In this document: piece by piece, positions 61,653 through 64,000 of the stretch
How positions within the stretch are numbered: the first letter of the stretch is position 1
Layout: the number at the start of each line of letters is the position of its first letter
NCBI GenBank assembly: GCA_024233835.1
Contig: JACKPC010000001.1
Span: forward strand, 1,413,442 to 1,477,441
DNA length: 64,000 bases
Direction of reading: 5' to 3'
Source of the DNA: Leptospiraceae bacterium
GTDB lineage: Bacteria; Spirochaetota; Leptospiria; Leptospirales; Leptospiraceae
Notes under the pieces: model-generated
The model's database searches: none
The model's input: only the letters and a program-made list of their open reading frames with translations
Told to the model about the DNA's origin: nothing
Program-made: the position numbers and the translations under genes

Positions 61653-62666
61653 ATGAGCAGTCTTCAATATAAGTTAAAGCCCCAGGAAAAGCTGATTTTA
61701 TTCCTGGAACGCAGTAAAAAGGCCATTTCGCGCGTTCAGGAGCTGGGAAAAACGAGGCTCTCTTTATTACTCATCCCTCACAGTCAGGAAAAAATTTATA
61801 AAATTGAGCTCTCCATTAATTTACTTTTTTTTCTGGGTTTAACAGCAGCCTTTATTCTTTTAGCCAGTTTTTATTATTCTTTGAAATATATCTCTTTTCC
61901 GGAGAATCATAGGGAGCTTTATGAGAGCAGCAGTCGCAATCGTCTCTATTTTATTCATCAGGATATGATGATAGATGAGATGGACGACACGGTAGATATA
62001 CTCATAAAAAAGACCCGTAGGCTTCATCGTACCATCTGGAAACAGAGTTCCGCTCTGGATTATTTTAGCCTGAATTGGAGGGATTGGATTCCTAATTCGA
62101 TTTTTTCGGAGAAACAGGAAGAACTTTCTTCCAATATGCAAATTTACAGAAGTACGGTAAAAAAAGTAAGGAAGCTTTCCCAGAGATTGAAACAGTTAAA
62201 ACCTGGTTTTGAGAATGCCATAGAGTTTTTAGAAACACGGGAAGGAATTTACCAGTCTATGCCTCAGGGTAGGCCTCTTGCTCCCGGTGTGGGATTTATT
62301 ACTTCTCTTTTTGGCAAGAGAAATGACCCCTTTGGACTGGGAGAAGGAGAGTTTCATAGCGGAATAGACTTTGCTTCATCCTACAGAACTCCAATTTATG
62401 CCACCGGTCCCGGTATTATTGCTGAACTCAGGGAGACTCCCGGAGGTCTGGGCCGAAGTGTTAGGATTAATCATGGAAACGGAATTTATACTCTGTATGG
62501 CCATTGTTACGAATTTAAAGTAAGGGAAGGTCAGAAAGTAAAAAGGGGACAACTCATAGCTCTAATGGGTGCAACCGGAAAAGCTACCGGTTCCCATGTG
62601 CATTATGAAGTGCATATTGGCTCTGAACCTTCTATGGATCCCAGAGAGTTTATCAATTTAGAGTAA
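61653..62666 (+). CDS. M23-family (LytM-type) metallopeptidase
   Basis: HSGIDFA, HGNGIYTLYGH and GATGKATGSHVHYEVH zinc-ligand motifs. N-terminal TM/signal anchor. Confidence 0.8.
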   Translation: MSSLQYKLKPQEKLILFLERSKKAISRVQELGKTRLSLLLIPHSQEKIYKIELSINLLFFLGLTAAFILLASFYYSLKYISFPENHRELYESSSRNRLYFIHQDMMIDEMDDTVDILIKKTRRLHRTIWKQSSALDYFSLNWRDWIPNSIFSEKQEELSSNMQIYRSTVKKVRKLSQRLKQLKPGFENAIEFLETREGIYQSMPQGRPLAPGVGFITSLFGKRNDPFGLGEGEFHSGIDFASSYRTPIYATGPGIIAELRETPGGLGRSVRINHGNGIYTLYGHCYEFKVREGQKVKRGQLIALMGATGKATGSHVHYEVHIGSEPSMDPREFINLE

Positions 62667-62702
62667 AAACTCTAGTAAGTCCTCATTTTTTTCGGGGAGC
62701 AG

Positions 62703-62730
62703 GCGACCCTCCGGAGGGTCGCTTGCTTTT
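62703..62730. terminator. Bidirectional rho-independent terminator between the M23 peptidase and the HDAC-family gene
   Basis: Perfect 10-bp palindrome GCGACCCTCC|GGAGGGTCGC followed by TTGCTTTT. Preceded by the AAGTCCTCATTTTTTT motif (62677-62692). Confidence 0.65.
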
Positions 62731-62748
62731 AAAGAGAAACTTCCTAAT

Positions 62749-63774
62749 TTAAGTATCGATAGCAAAGACTCTGGCTGTATTATAATGGATTTTTACGGTA
62801 TCCTGGAAATTCACAGCATAGCCTCCGGCTGTCACGATGACAACGGGACACTTCATTTCTTCTGCAAAAGCTTTTACTATCCTATCTCTTTCTTGCAGGC
62901 CTTTAAAACTTAAACGCAGACTTCCCAGTTTATCTCCTTCAAAGGGATCAGCACCTGCAAGGTAAAAAATCAGGTCGGGTTGAAAATTTTTTAGCTTATG
63001 CAGAGCTCTTTTTAATTCGGAAAGATATTCGGTATCTTCGCAGCCATCATACAGAGGAATATCCAGATCGGACTTCTCTTTTACGGGATATAGGTTTTCC
63101 TGGTGCATAGAAAATGTAAATACGGTATCATCCTGCTGGAAGATGAAAGAATTTCCATTTCCCTGATGCAAATCCAGATCCAGTATGAGAACCTTCTTAC
63201 CCGGATTTTCTTTTTGATATACTCTCGTAGCCACCGCCACGTCGTTTAAATAGCAGAAGCCTTCTGCATGGTCAGGGTAGGAATGATGAAAGCCTCCTCC
63301 TGTGTTAAATACAAATTTGTATTCCTTTGTCTTTTGCATGGCGAGTATGGTCCCTCCCACTCCGTATTTAAAGTTTTCAATAAGCGTATGGGTCAGGGGA
63401 AGTTCGGAGCGTTTGGTTCTGTAGCTGTACTTGAGTTCTTCGAGGTCATCTAATAACTCTTCTGTGTGTACCAGGAGTAAGTTTTCTTTTGTTGCGGGCT
63501 CCGGATCAAAAAATGGCACATCGCATAATTCTTCATCCATTGCGAGAAAATCATGAAGGCTTGCAAACTTATGAGCCGGGAACACATGAGCTTCTAAGGC
63601 GAGGTTGTACTGGGGCGAATAGATAAACGCGATTCTATCGGAAGCCTTTAAACCCTCGTTTTTTTTTTCAAAGAGATTAAATATTGAGAAGACCATGATA
63701 ACCCTTCTTCCATTAAACGGTCTTTTTACTCTTTGTAAAGCCTTATTCTGGAATTTGTGTTTCTTTGGGTGCAT
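62749..63774 (-). CDS. Histone deacetylase-family / AcuC-like deacetylase
   Basis: NTGGGFHHSYPDHAEGFCYLNDVAVA and DLDLHQGNG motifs of the arginase/deacetylase (HDAC) superfamily. 341 aa. Confidence 0.8.
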   Translation of the reverse strand: MHPKKHKFQNKALQRVKRPFNGRRVIMVFSIFNLFEKKNEGLKASDRIAFIYSPQYNLALEAHVFPAHKFASLHDFLAMDEELCDVPFFDPEPATKENLLLVHTEELLDDLEELKYSYRTKRSELPLTHTLIENFKYGVGGTILAMQKTKEYKFVFNTGGGFHHSYPDHAEGFCYLNDVAVATRVYQKENPGKKVLILDLDLHQGNGNSFIFQQDDTVFTFSMHQENLYPVKEKSDLDIPLYDGCEDTEYLSELKRALHKLKNFQPDLIFYLAGADPFEGDKLGSLRLSFKGLQERDRIVKAFAEEMKCPVVIVTAGGYAVNFQDTVKIHYNTARVFAIDT

Positions 63775-64000
63775 CGCTATTTTTTAGATAGTATTTTTGA
63801 TTGCAAAAAGAGACTTTCGGAAATCTAATTTCGCCCTTCCCGTTCAGCCGAACAATAAACCATCCGGCTGGGATAAGGCTTGTAATTCGTTGAAACTAAA
63901 CACTAATACCTAAACACTAAAGAGGGAGGGCAGTCAACCAGAGCCTGATTTCTCCAAACCAAAGCCTGATTGGTTCTGATGCAAAGCGTGATTTCTCTAA

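Noticed and set aside
1-64000. Search for tRNA/rRNA genes, transposases, integrases and CRISPR repeats
   Set aside because: No GTTCGAATC-type T-arm or cloverleaf candidates in the few non-coding stretches. No transposase-like ORFs. No regularly spaced direct repeats with spacers.

Overview
The window is an AT-rich bacterial chromosomal segment, most consistent with a spirochete of the Leptospira type. That placement is inferred from the low GC content, a FliY-type flagellar switch protein, lipoproteins with loose lipoboxes, FG-GAP propeller repeats and a two-ExbD TonB system. It is not a database result.

CDS calls, in order along the window:
- A respiratory complex I cluster: the 3' end of nuoF, then nuoH, nuoJ, nuoK, nuoL, nuoM and nuoN, with no nuoG or nuoI between them.
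- An amidohydrolase-3 gene.
- An exbB-exbD-exbD-tonB energy-transduction cassette.
- A multi-TM methyl-accepting chemotaxis protein (MCP).
- Several secreted or lipoprotein genes of unknown function, including a tandem pair of YceI-like paralogs.
- fliY.
- A large lipoprotein whose C-terminal half is seven tandem FG-GAP repeats, preceded by a membrane-embedded AraC-type regulator.
- etfB and etfA.
- A LolA-like protein, a 618-aa unknown protein translationally coupled to trpS, and a RumA-type RNA methyltransferase.
- A 1855-aa bacterial alpha-2-macroglobulin.
- An amidohydrolase-2 gene translationally coupled to a soluble chemoreceptor that combines a HemAT-like globin sensor, an MCP signalling domain and a C-terminal CZB zinc-binding domain.
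- An ankyrin-repeat lipoprotein divergent from a PAS-rich hybrid histidine kinase and a REC-HisKA-HATPase protein.
- A membrane protein with a C-terminal XRE-type HTH.
- The flagellar export-apparatus cluster fliO/Z-like, fliP, fliQ, fliR, flhB, flhA, flhF and flhG, a small unknown gene, and fliA (sigma-28).
- lnt, an IPT-domain membrane protein, a pcnB-like nucleotidyltransferase, an M23 peptidase and an HDAC/AcuC-family deacetylase.

No rRNA or tRNA genes, transposases, integrases or CRISPR arrays were seen.

The main candidates for follow-up are the globin-MCP-CZB chemoreceptor operon, a shared terminator-like module (AAGTCCTCATTTTTT plus a GC hairpin with compensatory changes) seen twice, the membrane AraC plus FG-GAP lipoprotein pair, the tandem YceI-like paralogs, and the membrane HTH protein upstream of the flagellar export cluster.
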